A stretch of 64,000 nt of DNA, taken from Saprolegnia diclina VS20. Its lineage: Eukaryota. Location of the stretch: positions 246,049 to 310,048 of the forward strand of contig NW_008246110.1 in assembly GCF_000281045.1 (NCBI RefSeq). Reading direction: 5' to 3'. Of this stretch, positions 1 through 11,758 are shown piece by piece. The notes beneath the pieces are model-generated. The model saw nothing but the letters and a program-made list of their open reading frames with translations, ran no database searches and was not told the origin of the DNA. The translations under genes and the position numbers were made by a program. Every line of letters begins with the position of its first letter. The first letter of the stretch is position 1.

Positions 1-139
1 TCCGATGCACAGTTTTTAACAGTGCTTTGAAGGAATACAGTGTTTCGGACTGAAACACTGTTTCCAACAATGGTCGTTCGAGCGCGCCGTTTCACGTGCG
101 CCTTTTCACATTGCACAAAGCGCCGGAAGCAAGTGCAAT

Positions 140-3100
140 ATGAACGGCGTGAACCGCCACATTGGCGCGCGTATGAAGGCGGCGACGAACGCGACGACCA
201 AGCCGGTTGTGCCCGGTCGGCGCGTGCCCAGCAAGAAGCCGCTTTTAGCTTTGCAGCAGTATGAAACCGGATACAACGAGCATCAAATTGATGGTGGCGG
301 AGCCAAGCCGCTGCGCATGAAGTCGCTGCGTCAGCTTTTGTCGCCGCGCCGGGGGGGCGTCCGCGAGTCCTTCTCGCATCTCAACACCAAGCTGCGCGAC
401 TCGCGCACGTATGTGCTCGACCCCAAGAGCGCCCGCAGCATTCAGTGGGATATCTTTATGGCGTGTTTAATTGCGTACAGCAGCATCACGGTGCCGTTGT
501 ATGTGGGCTTTCCAGGGTACGTGCGCGCCTATGTCTATAACTTAGATCTGAGATAGCTTTCAAGTCACGAGTCATTGGACGTCTGTGGACGATACCATTG
601 ACGTGTGTTTCGGCATTGACATTGTGCGCAACTTTCTCATGGGCTTTTACGACGAGCAAGACCTGCTCGTCGTCGACGTCAAGCAGATTGCCAAGAACTA
701 TGCGCGGACGTGGTTCCTTCTCGATTTGGTTTCGACGTTTCCGCTCGAAGCCGCCGTGAAGCTCTTCAACCCGTCCGTGGTCGCCAACGGGCACTCGCTC
801 GCGTCCGTCCAGCTCCTCCGCATTCTGCGCGTGACGCGCATCCTCAAGCTCGCACGCCTTGCCAAGCTGCGCGTCTTCTTCAAGCGCGTCGAAGAAACGT
901 TTGGGGTCAACCCCGGTGTCGTTCGCCTCGCGCGGCTCATCTGTGTCGTGCTCTTCCTCGCCCATGTCCTCGCCTGTATGTTTCACTGGATCGGGCAGCC
1001 GCACGACCCGACAATCGCCACTTCGACCCTGCGAGCGCTTCGCATCGCGACAGCGGCCTTGCCGTCAACGTACAACCCCAACTCGACGTGGCTTGTCGAA
1101 AGCGGGACTCGAGCCCGGTCCGATAGCATCCGGTACCTCTACTCGCTCTACTGGGTCATCATGACCTTGACGGGCGTCGGGTACGGCGACATCTTCGCAG
1201 TCTCGGTCTCCGAGCGCGTGTTTGCGATCTTTGCGATGATGATTGGCGCGTCCGTCTTCGGCTTTGTCATTGGCAACATCTCGTCGCTCCTCGAGTCGAT
1301 GGACACGCGCGCCGCCGTGTACCAGCTCAAGATGGCGCTGGTGAAAGACTACATCCGTACGCACAAGTTGCCAAAGGACCTGCGCACCAAGCTCTCTCGG
1401 TACGACCTCCCATCTCGGTCTTGTCATTTGAGAAAACCGCGTAGGTACTTTGAGCACTACCTCGCGCGCGCGTCGCTCTTTGACGAGTCGTCGATTCTGA
1501 GCGAAATCCCGCTGAGTCTCCGGAACGAGATTGTGCATTTTACGTGCCGCGACATATTTCTGTAGACTGCAACCGAGGGGGGCTGTCACGCTGACAGATC
1601 GTTTTAGGATTCCAGCGTTCGCGTCCATCAACGCGCAGTTTGTGATGGACATGGCCATTTGCATCAAGCCGCTCTTCCTCCTCGCCAAGACCGTGATTGC
1701 AAAGGAGCGCACGGTCGGCCGTGAAATGTACTTTCTCAACTCGGGCATTGTCGCGGCCTCCAACGCGACCGTGTACGGCAAGATGGTGCTCATCGAAGTA
1801 CTCACTGAGAACGCGTACTTTGGCGACCCGCCGCTGCTGTTTTACACGCTGCGTGAAAACACTTTTACGTGCTTGACCAACTGCGAGATGTATACGCTCG
1901 CCAAAGACGACTTTGACGTGCTCCTCGAAGAATACCCCGACACGGAGACCATTCTCGTGCAGCACTACCATGCGCGCAAAGCCAAGTACAACGAGACGCT
2001 GAGCACGATGCTCCAGCGCTTCAAGGTACACATCTCCCGCCCATAGAATTGCGTCGAGCGCAGAGCTAGATGTACGAAACCTTCAAAGACGATGTGACCA
2101 AGGTCCACCGGCTCGAAGACTTTTGGCCTAACTTGCGCATTTCGCTCAACGGAAAGCTCACGACGATCGAGCAATTCCCCATCGTCGTGCTCAAGCTCAT
2201 CACGCACTACATCAACCCCCGCGGCGTCTCGCTCTTCAACTCGACGTTCGCCAAGCGTGTCGTCCTGGACGGTGCGGTCGTTGTCATCGCAGCGTCATAC
2301 CCTGACGTCATCTAGGTCTCAAGCCAAAGTACGCGACCGCATACACGTCGCCAGGCACGTTGCGTGCGATCATCCAGCCCTCGGACCCGCGAAAGCTGCG
2401 ATGGGACATCTTCTTGGGTGTCCTCATCATGTACAACGTCATGAATATTCCATTTCAATTTACGTTCCAAGGCGGGTTTGTGGGTGACGACACGCGCTCT
2501 CCAAGCGTCATTGTACGCGCACCGCTGCGATACTTTAATAACGCGTGTCTAGGTGTTTGACTACATTGTCGACGTCCTCTTTGGCATCGATATGGTGCTC
2601 ACGTTTCGCACGGCGTACATTGACGACGACGGCCAAGTCGAAGCGAGTCCAAAGTACATTGCGACTCGGTACCGGCTCTTTGTAGGCAACCGCCCATTTC
2701 AGGTGGTGTAGGTATCTGGCCTGGTGGTTTTGGATCGACTGGATCTCGACATTCCCCTTTGCTCTGATCGCCGACGCCGTGACGTCGACCGGCGTCAGTA
2801 GCAACAATAGCACCCTTTCGGCCGTGGGCGGCTCAACCCAGCCGTTCCAGAACCTCAAGCTCATTCGCTTTGTGCGCCTCACGCGGCTCCTCAAGCTCAT
2901 GCGCCTCCTCAAGCTCAATCGGTCGGTCACCACGATTGAGAACATGCTCGACCTCAACCCGGCCGTGCTCAGCCTCGTCAAGCTCTTCATTCAGGTCCGA
3001 CATGCCTCCGTGTCCATGAACTGCATGGAACGAACGTAGGTGTGCTTCATCGCCCACTGGTCGAGCTGTGCGTTCTATTTTGTGGGTCAAATCTCCGAGA

Positions 3101-4618
3101 CGTACTATGGCGACTCGTGGATCGGCCCGCTCTTGTGGTATGCATCCACGCCAGACAAGTACATAACGTCGCTCTACTTTTGCTTCACGACCATGGTGAC
3201 GGTCGGGTACGGCGACATTCTGCTCGTGACGCCGATCGAAGTCGGCTATGTGATCTTCTACATGCTCCTCGGCGCCTCCGTCTTTGGGTACATCATTGGC
3301 TCCATGTCGTCGCTCGTCGATCAGCTCCAGACGCGCGGCGTCGTCGCCAAGGAGAAGACGGACCGCGTCAAGGTGAGACTTGAGCTCTGTTAAAATCATG
3401 ATCGAGGTCGTGTAGGACTATATGAAGGAGCGCAAGCTGCCCAAGGCGCTCTGCACGCGCATTCGCCGGTACTATGAATTCTACTTGGCACAACAAGACG
3501 ACGGAACCGAGCTCTTGAGTGACCTCTCGGACGACCTCCGGACGCAGCTCGTTTTGTATTTGAACCGCGACGTGGTCTCCAAGATCCCGTTCTTTGCGCG
3601 CCAAGACGACGCGTGCATCTCGTACCTCATGGGCATTCTGTACCAAGAATATTGCACGCCCTGCGAATATGTCTTCCACGAAGTAGACTCGTTCGTACCG
3701 CTTTGTAGTCCATGCATGGATGCTGCTAGGGCGAGTACGGTCGACACATGTATTTTCTCGTCAAAGGCACGGTCGAGGTGCTCATTCATGCCGGCACGCC
3801 GTCCGAAATGCTCTGCAAGGTAGGCCACGTCGCACGCTCCGTCTTATGCAGCGCAGGTCTTGACCGAGGGCTCGTTCTTCGGCGAGCTCGCCATGCTCCT
3901 GAGCTGCAAGCGCTGTGCGAGCATTCGCGCCAAAACGTTTGGCATTCTCTACGTTCTTAGCCGGAGTGGCATGGACCACATCCACGCCCACTACCCCGGT
4001 ACGTGGCCGTCGTCGATCCTGTTCATGACGATGGACGTAGAGATCTCCAACATGATCATGGCCGAGATCAAGCTCAAATTGCACAAGATCCAGGAAGAGA
4101 CCGTCGAACGCATGGAGCGCAAGAACGTCGCCAACCACCTTCCGAGCCGGAAGACGTCGCTCACGACCGACACGGAGCTCCTTGAGGCCTTTGCGATGAT
4201 CGACGGTGTCGCGACCGACCTCACGCGCTTCTATGGCGGCGGCGAGACGGCCAAACACCGCGCGGTCGCGGCCGTCATCAACCGCCTCAAGAAGTTCGAC
4301 TTTGAAGCGCACATGGAGCCCTCCAAAGAGGTAGAGTTTAGATGCGCAGAAGACGGCAAAGCACATCGATCGTAGCCGCCGTCGCCCGAGCCCAAGGCCA
4401 AGGACGCGTTCATACGCATTGGCAAAAAGGTGATTCAACTCAACGCGTTCGTGACGCAAGCGCGCAAGACGCGGCGCGAGAGCACGACGCGCGTCTTTAG
4501 CTCGATCCCGACCCACGTCGACGAGATGTCCCAGCTCCCGGGCGCCAAGCGCTTGCTCGAGCCGTCCACCGACATCGCCGGACCCGACGCCCACCACTCG
4601 GGGCGCTCCGAGACCTAA
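140..4618 (+). CDS. Multi-exon tandem two-repeat cyclic-nucleotide-binding-domain cation channel (KCNH/CNG/HCN-like, 2 x [6TM+pore+CNBD])
   Basis: Two S4 segments (LLRILRVTRILKLARLAKLR; LIRFVRLTRLLKLMRLLKL), two pore motifs (GVGYGD 1173-1190; TVGYGD 3199-3216) and two CNBDs (YFGDPPLL..R; FFGELAMLL..RCASI). The ORF pieces are joined by short GT-AG introns. Exon boundaries were read by eye. Confidence 0.88.
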
Positions 4619-5024
4619 TCCCTCTCGCCGCCCCGTCGCTCTCGGTTCCGAGACCCCACCACAAGAACCTTCTTGCGCGTCGGTAGCGGTCGCTTCTTCT
4701 TCCTCGTCATCGTCGACGTCCTGGTCGTGCTTGCGTGGCGGCATGGTCATCGTCATCGTCATCTTCCTCCTTTATATGTCTACCTCGTCCTCTCCATCCT
4801 CCGCCATGTCAACCTCGTCCTCTCATCCTCAACCTCGTTCGTCGTCGTCGTCCTTGTCGTTGGCAGCGAAATGGGTATCCCAATAAAGTGCGGTTGGCCA
4901 AGCGTACTTGTATTTGTTTTCCATTCGATACAAAAGACAAGAGAAAAGCCAGCAAATAAAATAAAACGCCAAGGCAAGGACAGCGACCACCCAAGTGGTT
5001 TGATCATTTGGCAAGAAGAGGAAT

Positions 5025-6014
5025 ATGGCGGCCATCAAGGACGAGGTCGAGCTCGGGAATGAGCTCATCCAGCTGCAATGTCGCTTCTACGAGAACAAGT
5101 ACCCGGAGATCGACGAGCTCGTCGTCGTCAACGTGCGCTCGATCGCCGAGATGGGCGCGTACGTCTCGCTCCTCGAGTACAACAACATTGAGGGCATGAT
5201 CCTGCTCTCGGAGCTGAGTCGCCGCCGCATCCGGTCGATCAACAAGCTCGTCCGCGTCGGCAAGAACGAGGTCGTCATGGTGCTCCGCGTCGATAAGGAG
5301 AAGGGCTACATTGATCTCTCGAAGCGCCGCGTGTCGCCCGAGGACATTCTCAAGTGCGAAGAGCGCTACAACAAGGCCAAGACCGTGCATGGCGTCTTGC
5401 GCCAGGTCGCGCAGGACACGAACATCGAGCTCGAGGACCTCTACCAGAAGATCTCGTGGCCGCTCTACAAGAAGTTCAAGATGGAGCAGCCGCTCGGCGC
5501 CGACGACGAAAAGAAGGTCGAGTACGTGCACTGCTACGACGTGTTCAAGATGGGCATCACGGACCCGACGGTGTTTGACGGCCTCGACATGACGCCCGAG
5601 ACGCTCGAGTCGCTGCGCACGCACATTCGCCGCCGCCTCACGCCGCAGCCGATCAAGATCCGCGCCGACATTCAAGTCACGTGCTTTACGTACGAGGGCA
5701 TTGAGGCCATCCGCGAGGCGCTCCAGGAAGCCCAGCACGTTGGCACGGAAGACGTCCCGGTCAAGGTCAAGCTCATTGCGCCGCCCATGTACGTCATGAC
5801 GACCAACACGCTCGACAAGGTCAAGGGCATTGCGACGCTCCAAGAAGCCATCGAAAAGGTGCGCACCATCATCACGTCCAAGGGCGGCTCGATCGTCGTC
5901 AAGATGGAGCCCAAGGTCGTCTCGATCAACGAAGAACGCGAGTTCCTCCAGATGATGGAGCGACTGGAGAACGAAAACCGACCGGTCGACGGCGACGACG
6001 ACGAAGAAGACTAG
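5025..6014 (+). CDS. eIF2alpha: Eukaryotic translation initiation factor 2 subunit alpha
   Basis: S1 domain with the conserved phospho-site loop GMILLSELSRRRIRSINKL, plus DKEKGYIDLSKRRVS, KIRADI and KLIAPP; acidic C-terminal tail; single exon. Confidence 0.98.
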   Translation: MAAIKDEVELGNELIQLQCRFYENKYPEIDELVVVNVRSIAEMGAYVSLLEYNNIEGMILLSELSRRRIRSINKLVRVGKNEVVMVLRVDKEKGYIDLSKRRVSPEDILKCEERYNKAKTVHGVLRQVAQDTNIELEDLYQKISWPLYKKFKMEQPLGADDEKKVEYVHCYDVFKMGITDPTVFDGLDMTPETLESLRTHIRRRLTPQPIKIRADIQVTCFTYEGIEAIREALQEAQHVGTEDVPVKVKLIAPPMYVMTTNTLDKVKGIATLQEAIEKVRTIITSKGGSIVVKMEPKVVSINEEREFLQMMERLENENRPVDGDDDEED

Positions 6015-6222
6015 AGTGTAGTAGCTATTTGACCGTCCATCTTCCTATCGCGGATAAGAATATGGCTTCCATTGATGCGCTTCCGCCCGTTGCATGCTCC
6101 TGCTCGGAAGACGCAAGCCATATCCTCGTTTCGAGTCCTAACCAGTCGTCGTCTACGCTGGAGAAGACAGCTTGTGCAATAAATAACACATGTACAAGGA
6201 GCAAGACTCGACGTGTCTACTA

Positions 6223-6225
6223 CTA

Positions 6226-6256
<31 letters not shown>

Positions 6257-8853
6257 ATTGCGTTCATGTCGTCGTTCGTGTCGAGGCTTGTGCTGGAGAA
6301 GTCCGAGATGAGGCTAGAGAAGCTCAGCTGCGACTTGAGGTCGCCGGGGCAGAGCCGGAACGAGTTGAACTTGGCCGGCGTGCAGCGCGTCGTGCCGGGG
6401 ATGGCTTGGCCTTCATTGTGCGCAAGGTTGGGGCGGCTGCGCTTCCGCGGCGAGTGCGGCGAGAGCTGCTTGAGCCGGCGGATCTCTTGCTCGTAGTGCG
6501 CAATGTTCTTGTGCAGATTGACGAGCCGGTGGTCGAGCTTGGGCAAGAAGCGCACAAGGCAGCTCCAGAGCGGCTGCACGAGCCGAGCGGCAAAGAAATG
6601 CTGGCTCTCGACCATGTGCAGCGGGTCGTCGACGTGCAAGTGCGTCACGGGCAGGCCCTCGGCGGTCTCCATGAGCGCTTGGTACGCAAACTCCTTGGCA
6701 ATCATGTTGCTCCACTTGAGCGCGATCGGCGTGGGAAACACTTGGGCCCCGAGGTCGCTCGCGTGCACGATGGTTTGCACGAGAAAGATGCGGTCGTCGC
6801 CCGATTTGGCAAAGTTGGCGAGCGCCGACCGCTTGTCGTCGAGGAGCGGGTCGGTCGTGCGCGCATACGGCGCCCAGCGCTTCTCGAGCGCTTCAATGTG
6901 CTCGAAATGCCGGGCCATGTCGGTGCCAATGATGGCGCGCACAATGACCTTGCGCGTGTAGCGGTACTCGTCCGGCGTCAGGCCGGCGAGGATGTTGACG
7001 TGGTCGTTCTGCAGCAGCCGGAACGTCGTTGCCGCGTGGTGGCGCTCGAGCACCGCGTCGTCGTTGTGCAAGAGCGCGAGACCGCTCTTCGAGTTGACTT
7101 CAAAGACGTTCGAGTGCCCCGGGTGGTCAATGTCGTGGCAAAGCGATGCGAGGAGACAGCCAAACCGGTCCGGCGGCGTGAGCACCGTCACTGCTTGCGT
7201 CTCCTTGAGGATGCAGTACGATGTGTGGAGCACCGAGAAGCCGTGCAAAAAGTTGTGGAACGGGTTCGGGTGGTAGTGGTCTTGGACCGACTGGATGAAG
7301 TTCTGAACAATGTCCGGGTCGAGGTTGGGCAGCGCCATGACCGGGTCCAGCAGCATGTTTTGCGTGTACGAGAGGAGGGTCTCGAGCTCCGTCGTAAAGA
7401 CGTTGAGGCTCCAGCGCGGCACGATCGGAACGTCGACCGACTTGGTCTTGAAGAGCGCGCTGGGCGGCCGCGGCGGCGTCTCCAGCGGGAGTGGACTCAG
7501 CGAGTCGGCGCTGAAGAACGAGTCGCTCAAGCGGTCCGCGAGGTGCGATTGAAGCGTGCACGGCTTGGACGTGAACGCTTCGAGCAAGTTGACTTGGGAC
7601 TGCGCCCTCTCGGCCCAGAGCGACTCGGACTTGGTGTCGGCCAAGAGCTTGAGGTATTCGGTCTCTTGCGACCGGCGGCGCAGGATCACTGCGACTTCGG
7701 ACGCAAACGCCTCGAACGCGCACTCGTCTTCGTACGTAAACTCGGCAAACTCGGTCTTGTGGCCGCCGACCTTGTTGATGCACTCGAGCACGGCGATCGG
7801 CTGCACGTCGTTCATCTGGTGAACGCCAATCGGCACGTAGAGCGCGGTCTGGGTGCTGCCGACGCGGTCGTCGACGCTCATGTCAAAGCGCGGGTCGGTT
7901 GGCGCGTGCTTGACGTTGAGAATGGTGCTCGAGAGCGCGGCGGCACCAAGGAGACAGCCGTCGATCGAGAAGCGGAGGTTCGACCGCCGGAACGACGACG
8001 AGAGCGACCAGAGTTCGTTGCGCGGCCAGTCGAGGAGGAAGAGCGTGACGCTCTCGCAGTGCACAATGTGGTTGGCGCCTTTGATGACGCGCTGGACGAG
8101 CTTGAGGATCGTTTCTTCGTTCGAAGATGAGCTCACAATGTGCAGGAGCGCGGCTTGGGTCCGCTGCGACAGCACAATGTCATGGAGCTCGATCGCTTTT
8201 CGCATCGCATTGCTCAAGATCGGGCCGAGACGCTGGAGCAGCCCGAGGTCGTACGCGCAGAGGCTCTCGGGCGACGCCGACGACGCCTCAATGACCGCAA
8301 ACGTCTCGCCGCCGCTGTCCAGCAGTGCAAAGCAGAGAAGCGTGTTCGAGTCGGCGGCGCGTGTGAGGTCCACCGCGGGATTGTACGATGTCGGCAGCGA
8401 TCGCCCCACAAACGTTGTTTGGGACGCAGCAACCTCGGCTGCGAGGCTGCAGTTGGTCGGGACGGCCTCGACGGCGCTGAGCTTGGGCACGATCTTGGCC
8501 ATCGAATCTGACCCTGCGTCGAGGAGGAAGACGGCGCAGCGGTGGGCCGGGTCGTGCGAAAAGAGACCTTCGACAAAGGCAAAGAAGACGTCCATCATCA
8601 TATACAGGTCGTCTTGCTCGAGCACGTCCTGGATGAGGTCAAACGCGCGTCGCTCCTTGGCTTCTTGCATCTGGTAGCGCGCAACGGTGGCCTCGAGCTC
8701 GGCGATGCGATCGCAGCGCTGGTTGGTCGTCTTGCCCATTGCCGTCGTCTTGACCATGCTGCTGGTCGACGAGGTCTTGGGCGGCCCCGATGCATGGGCG
8801 TCTACCTCGGCCGGGCGTCCATGCGCATCGGGGATCGCTATGAAGGGTTCCAT
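6223..8853 (-). CDS. 3',5'-cyclic nucleotide phosphodiesterase (class I) with N-terminal GAF domains
   Basis: Motifs YHPNPFHNFLHG, CHDIDHPGHSN, VLERHH, IIGTDMARH, HASDL and EFAYQA. A GAF signature (VLECINK..FTYEDE) and a second GAF-like region lie upstream. ATG 8853 was chosen as the likely start. Confidence 0.93.
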
Positions 8854-10111
8854 CGGCGGGTTATCGCTCACTGACCCGAGTCTCAAATTTCCGAAACCAC
8901 ATTGCACCCTCGCATTGAATTGCATAGAAACTCCAAGTGCAAGCACATGATTTAATTGACGTCGCATATGCGCAATTCTGTTTTTTCGCAAATTATAACG
9001 TCGTCCGTGCGACAGCAACGACGACGTCGACTACGAACCGACTGACCGTCCAATGTCGTAGTTGACTCGTACTAACTAGCATCAATGCGGCAAAATCGAT
9101 AATGCCCGAGGCGCTCGTACGAGCGTGGCGCTGGTTATTGCCAGCGCGAGATGGCGAGTGCAACGGGATGCACGTAATGCTGGCGCCGACGTCCGACGTC
9201 ATTTTCGCGGGACGCATGCGATGATGTGTCGTCGTCTGCCTGAGATATTGTGCCGGCTCGGGTCAGAGGGTGTCTGATCGGCGCGACAGGCGGCAATGAT
9301 TCTTGTCAGCAGCCAAGGAGGAGCCAGGTGGAGGCGGAGCGCCCCGCTGAAACGGAACACCGACAAGTCCATTCCAGCAACTAGTACGAAGTCGCTGTGC
9401 GCTTAGCTCTCTTGATCGCCGCTGGTCCACACTCGGGCCATGGTAGCGACATGGCATCGGACCAGCAACGGACAAGAGGGCGGCAAGCTTGCCATCATCC
9501 CAGGCGCGGGAAGATCCTTCGGAATCTAGAACTAAAATGGTTCCGATTCCGCAAGAAACCCATTCGAGTCGTACGCCTTGCGCTCAGTCGGACGCGCGAT
9601 GCGACGACCAAAGGCTTGTGCCGTAGCGAGGAGTACTTTAGTTAGTCGACGGCTTCAACTGAAACGACGAGACATCATCGGCAAGCATCTGCAAGTGGTG
9701 TTGCCACGCACCCATCTGCGTTGCAGTATCAAGTAGGGGGCCGCACGAATAAGCACCCTGGGCGCCACCTCGATCTTGGTTTTTGTATCGCGTGCTGGAC
9801 CCCGAGAGCATGTTCTCCGGCGATTTCCATCCGTTTTCAGTACCCCTCCTACCAATTAAATTAAAATACTGTGTGTGTGGTTTACATACAGTGTTCAAGT
9901 GAGATGGTATTAAAATGGATGGTTTTCTATTTAAATACTCGCTACGGCAAATAAAAAAGGGTCGGGTGGGTTGTTCGAAACTCCGCCATTTCTGCAGCGG
10001 AGTCGCCGCCGGTCCGTCTCTCTCGCGCCCGCCGCCGGACGCAGCCCATCGCCCACCGCCGGACGTCGCCATTCGCCGCTACTAGCCGCAGCATCGCCGT
10101 ATACGATTGCC

Positions 10112-10950
10112 ATGGAGAAGGGCAAGAAGGTCCTGCCGCTGAGCGAGAGCTGGCTGTCGCCGTCCATGGTGACCTCGTACGATGGCCAGTCCATCTACGC
10201 GGGCCATCAAGAGAAGCTGCGCCTCGGCAACTACCTCGGCAGTGGCATCGCTGGCGTCGTCTACGAAGCCTTTGAGCCGCAGAAGCAGCGGCACGTCGCG
10301 GTCAAGATCCTCAACCCGGTCGGCTACAAGCTCTTTTCGCCGCTCGCGCTCGCCCGTTGCGATGTAGTCCATGCGGGCCTCATGTACAAGCCGCCGACGC
10401 CATCGCCGTCGATGCCAATGGCTCGCCCGCACATCCAGAAGGAGCACATTTGGTGGCTCCTGCATCCAAACCAGCACGAGCTCATTCCGTGCATGAAGGA
10501 CGCGCAAGGCATCAAGGAACTCAACCTCGAAATGTGCGCCCAGCTGTGGCCGCTCGACTCGCATCTCGACGACGACCCGCTCGAGATGGAAACCAAGCCC
10601 GATACGGTGCTCTACCAAGGCAAGACGTGGGTGCTCCCGCCGCTGCCCAAGAAATTTGCAGCCTTTCTTCAGAACCGAAAGACCATCTACCGTGAAATTG
10701 CCTTCATGCACCGCCTCACCGGCAACACGATCCATGGCAGCGTCGGTTGCGGCCACCCGAACGTCCTGCAGCTCTTTGACGTCCTCGAGTACGTCCAAGC
10801 GACGAAAAGCACCATCTTCCTCGTGCTCGAGCTCGCGGGCGGCGGCGAGCTCTTTGATCGCATCAAGGCCGAGTGCATTGGTGTGCCTGAAGTGCACGCC
10901 AAGGTTTACTTTACGCAGCTCATTGCCGGTGTCCACTACTGCCACCAGCT

Positions 10951-10984
<34 letters not shown>

Positions 10985-11470
10985 CTCCTCTTGAGCGATC
11001 ACGATGTGCTCAAGATTGCCGACTTTGGCCTCTCGGCGCAGTTTGCGAGCCGCCCAGTCCTCGACGAATCGAGCGTGCCCCCCAAGCCGTCGCCATGCCG
11101 CCGGCTCAAATCGGTTGTCGGGTCGCCCCACTACGTCGCGCCCGAGGTGCTGCAGAAGTGCCACTTTGGCTACGACGGGCGCAAGGCCGACATGTGGTCG
11201 ATCGGCGTCATTCTGTACGGTCTCCTCGTCGGCGCGCTTCCGTTTGGGACCGACCTTGCCAACTGCACGCGCTTTGCGACCTTTGCCGAGTACCTCGCAG
11301 CGCCGATGGAGAGTCGACTCTTTCCGCGCTGGCTCTTCCCCGCCAAACTCTCGCCCGCTGCCATCGAGCTCCTCGTCGGCCTATTGGACCCGGACCCGAT
11401 TGGCCGGTTCTCGTGCGACGATGTGCTCAAGAGCCGCTGGCTCGCCGCTTCCTACTCCCCTGTATCCTAA
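10112..11470 (+). CDS. Ser/Thr protein kinase, CAMK/SNF1-CIPK-like
   Basis: [45 protein letters not shown] and [12 protein letters not shown]. The start is uncertain; the ORF is open from 9971. Confidence 0.93.
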
Positions 11471-11758
11471 CCGTACCATAGTCTTTCCTTACGTAATAGT
11501 TTATAATCATCCTAATCAACCCTACACCTACGTCGCTTCACGAGTTGACGCATCTCGCTGCTGCAGGCTCCGACGCTTCCCACCCTGGCACACAACAAGA
11601 GCTCTGGACCCAGGCGATCGTTGACGCTTGTCATCGTGTCCCCAACGTCGACTCGACTACTACAGCTTGCATTCTGTACTCCGGGTTGAACCAGAAACGT
11701 TTTATTTACTAGTCCTTGTCGGAGCCGTCGCTTCTTGTTGGGGTTGGGGTTGCCTCGG

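Noticed and set aside
6190..8130. Long antisense ORFs (646 aa here; also 38188-39672, 19305-20552, 46676-48079, 51407-52759)
   Set aside because: These are shadow frames opposite well-supported genes, as expected from GC-rich codon bias. They carry no recognisable motifs.
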